A model generated the notes under the pieces. The model did not search any database and was not told where the DNA came from. It saw only the letters and a list, made by a program, of their open reading frames with translations. Below are positions 61,201-64,000 of a stretch of 64,000 nt of DNA, piece after piece. A program made the translations under genes and the position numbers. Source of the DNA: Pocillopora damicornis (lineage: Eukaryota); NCBI RefSeq assembly GCF_003704095.1, contig NW_020844576.1, forward strand, positions 1 through 64,000, in the 5' to 3' direction. How positions within the stretch are numbered: position 1 is the first letter of the stretch; each line of letters starts with the position of its first letter.

Positions 61201-63346
61201 ACAAAACAGCATTAGATTTAATGGGGATTGTAATTTTTTTTAAATTTCCGTTGGGCATTTATCTAACCATGAATTCCTCTAGAGAACAGAAATGCATTTG
61301 ATTGAATAAAGATAACAGATTTAGAGTTAAACGTAAGCGAGGCAGTTATTATAGTTCAGAGAAGGATAACAATTCTTTCAGTAGGTGTTGTTGTAAACTC
61401 CTGAATAACTACAGTTTTTTCTTGTGACTAATTACCCATGTCTACTTTTAAACATTTCTATAATATTGAGTATTGAATTCCCCTGTATCACGTCAAATAG
61501 CTTGGAGTGTGCTATCTTAGTTTGGCACTCCAATTGTTAGTATCTTCAATATTTTTTTCCTTGATATGAGAAGCCCTCAACATAAGTAAAAACATTTTGA
61601 ACATGCTTTCTTCTGGAAATGTCATTGGAACGTTTTTCTATTATATTTCTCACACTAACAATTTCTTCTGGGAAAATATTTTAGAGGATATTGCAGAAAC
61701 TTTGGGTAATATTTCCACTTCCTCACTGCCAAAAATCGTTTTGGCAAATTTTCCTAAGATGTGCTAAACAATGAGCTAGAGAGGCATTTTTCTTAGTTGG
61801 AGTTAACATTAAATCTGAAAAACCTATCACCTGGTGCTCAATTCCTGTTCGCTCACAAGTATATCTTACTCAAGTTTAAGGTTTTCTTTTGCGTAATGTT
61901 CAACGTAATCTCAAAACAGAACTGAAAGCCACAATAATGCATTGGTACTAACAAAAAGGGAATTGAAATCATCATGAAATTTGACAAAGATTGCACTCCA
62001 CAGACATTTAAATTTACAAACTACTGCCTAAATAATATTTAGTAATCTCAAGTAGTAAATCACTCTTTTGAATATACACCATATGAAGGATTTTTTCTGG
62101 TAGGTTAAATGTACCCTGAAGTGTTTGTTTCAAAATATTTAAGGCATGTTATTTTTTGGGTGAAATATATTTAACCATGAATGGTCTTCCATTGTGGAAT
62201 TTACAAACAGTTTTGAGCTGTGATTGCAGTTAGATTTTGATCACAGTTTGAAGCCATCCTCAATGAATGTGGAAATAAGTGTCTGCCTGCACCCTAGACA
62301 ACTGGGCCCGGTAGTTCAAAAGAGGGTTAAGTCTTAACCCAGGGTTAATGTCAAATCTGATTTCAGGTATGAAAGGTTTAAAAGAAATTCAGTAGAATTC
62401 TTTTTGTATATAATTTGATGATTGGATACTCTGAAAAGAATAGAGAAAACTATCAAAAAGCTATAGAGAAAAGGAATAAAGAAACCCACATGAAAATTTA
62501 AACCTGGGTTAGCGCTAATCAGCCTTTGAACAACAGTGGGCCAGTATATAAACAGTACCTACCTGGAAGCAAAACTACTTTTCCATGCAGCCAGTTCTTA
62601 TATTTGAGTGGAAAACTTTTGATAGTCTGAAAGCCAGCTAAGATTGAAACACTTCTAAATTGGTTTAACATCATTTGAATTTGTGTAGGTGTCAATAAGA
62701 CAACCACAGAATCAGAACAGAAGGAAACAACCTGCAAACCTTCCAAAAGCAGTAAGTGACCATGACAACACTGAAGGTGTGCCAGTCTAAAGACATAATT
62801 TCAGTTTTAGCCCACAAATATGCCCACTAAATATTGTGTTACCTATTGTCGTATTTATGCTCAAGAGTTCTGATACTGATTTTTTCTAGGAGAAGTGACA
62901 TTTAAGTAACTTCTTGTTTACATCAGAGCAAGGCACCCTAACTTAACCAATATCTCAGTTCTGCACTTTGAGTTTACAAGTTCTCAATACAGCAGTCAGC
63001 AATAATGAATAAAGCAGTTAACTCTAGAAAAATCAGCGTGCATGTTTTCCTTACAATTTCAGTTAACTGTCAAGTAGGAAGGTTATGAGATTTAAGAAAA
63101 TTCTCAACTTGAGAATGTAGTCCATTTCACGTTTGGTTATTTTTTACTGTTGCCATAGTATTCATAAAGTTACTTTGAATTTAATGTCAGCAACAGCAAC
63201 AGCAGCAGCAAAAGTCATACCATGGAGGACGAAACATTCGTTCAAGTCCAGGAGGAACATGGCAAGCATACCCTTCGTGGCCTGTAGGATTCACATCACC
63301 GCGTTTCCCACCAGCAGCTCCTATATATGGCTATGCACATCCCGGG
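58247..63346 (+). CDS. Unidentified protein, first three coding exons (acidic, then Q/P/G/Y-rich low-complexity N-terminus); continues beyond the window
   Basis: Phase-0 GT-AG exons: 58247-58492 (MSDSLVQ...QEKDDKK), 62689-62751 (VSIRQPQNQNRRKQPANLPKA), 63191-63346 (QQQQQQQKSYHGGRNIRSSPGGTWQAYPSWPVGFTSPRFPPAAPIYGYAHPG). Acceptor ccttttag ends at 58189; donors gtacct, gtaagt, gtaaga. Confidence 0.75.
62302..62544. mobile_element. About 240-bp MITE
   Basis: Terminal inverted repeats ctgggcccggtagttcaaa / tttgaacaacagtgggccag, with subterminal aacccagg / cctgggtt. Confidence 0.75.
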
Positions 63347-64000
63347 GTAAGATGAAAGAGAAAATGCTCACCCTTTTTCAGAAGAAGCCACAGGGTTGTA
63401 AATATTCCATACAGGAAGAAATATTAAAGGGTTAATGTAGAGGTTGAGTTTTGTAACCAGGTTCACTCAAGCACTACACAGAAGTCGCTTTATTCTAAGA
63501 GGAATATGCATGCCCTAGAAATAAGGATCTGTAGAATTAGTCGCTAGGGAGTGATTTATGGGAAGGACACTCCTCTAGTTTATTTAAGTATTTCCAATGT
63601 GAGACCTAAGTTTAAAATTCAAGGATAACACAGAAAAAAATAGTGAAATAACCTACTACTGCCCATCACTAGATTCAGTGAAAAACTAGTTCGTCCAGTT
63701 CTCTGTTGTCGCAGTAAATTAAGCAAAAGTAAGATAAAGGCAAATAATCAGCACTCTGAAGTTGTTTTTTCTCAAGAGAAAGATGGCAATAGATATTGTT
63801 CTTGTGTTGATTGTGCTCTATGTTGCTATTCAATTAGTAGTTATCATACAAGGTAGTCTCCCCTGCAAGAATTTGGTCACTTTTGTTACAACTGTTGCGG
63901 TAAAGTCCCAGGTAGGATTTTTTACCAGCAATGCTAGGCAAAATCAGAAAGTATATCACTTTCATTCTACCTGACTCAAAAGTCACCAGAAAGTGATGAC

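Noticed and set aside
63133-63435. 100-aa plus-strand ORF in the track
   Set aside because: Wrong frame; the splice-bounded exon 63191-63346 reads in another frame.

Overview
Eukaryotic (animal) genomic DNA with spliceosomal introns and two assembly gaps. The gene content and short interspersed repeats look like a scleractinian coral or related cnidarian; this is inferred from recall, not from a search. Genes I could reconstruct by hand: (1) a long intronless sacsin-like CDS on the minus strand that runs off the left edge and is absent from the ORF track; (2) CCDC13, minus strand, 13 coding exons, about 763 aa, head-to-head with (3) NEK8, plus strand, 4 coding exons, about 698 aa; (4) a small two-TM orphan ORF; (5) a 350-aa intronless orphan; (6) a two-exon secreted single-granulin protein; (7) an intronless class A GPCR with three altered activation motifs; (8) the first three coding exons of an unidentified low-complexity protein, preceded by a roughly 19 kb gene-poor region and a CpG-rich E2F/CCAAT promoter. 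Non-coding elements include a decayed RTE LINE, a Penelope-type foldback carrying hammerhead-ribozyme cores, several MITE/SINE-like families, a 31-bp CCAAT-box minisatellite and a 55-nt near-perfect hairpin upstream of the sacsin gene. I found no single unambiguous new multi-gene system. The best leads are the N-terminally shortened sacsin with candidate immune/stress elements, the atypical GPCR, the ribozyme foldback and the stop-start uORF.
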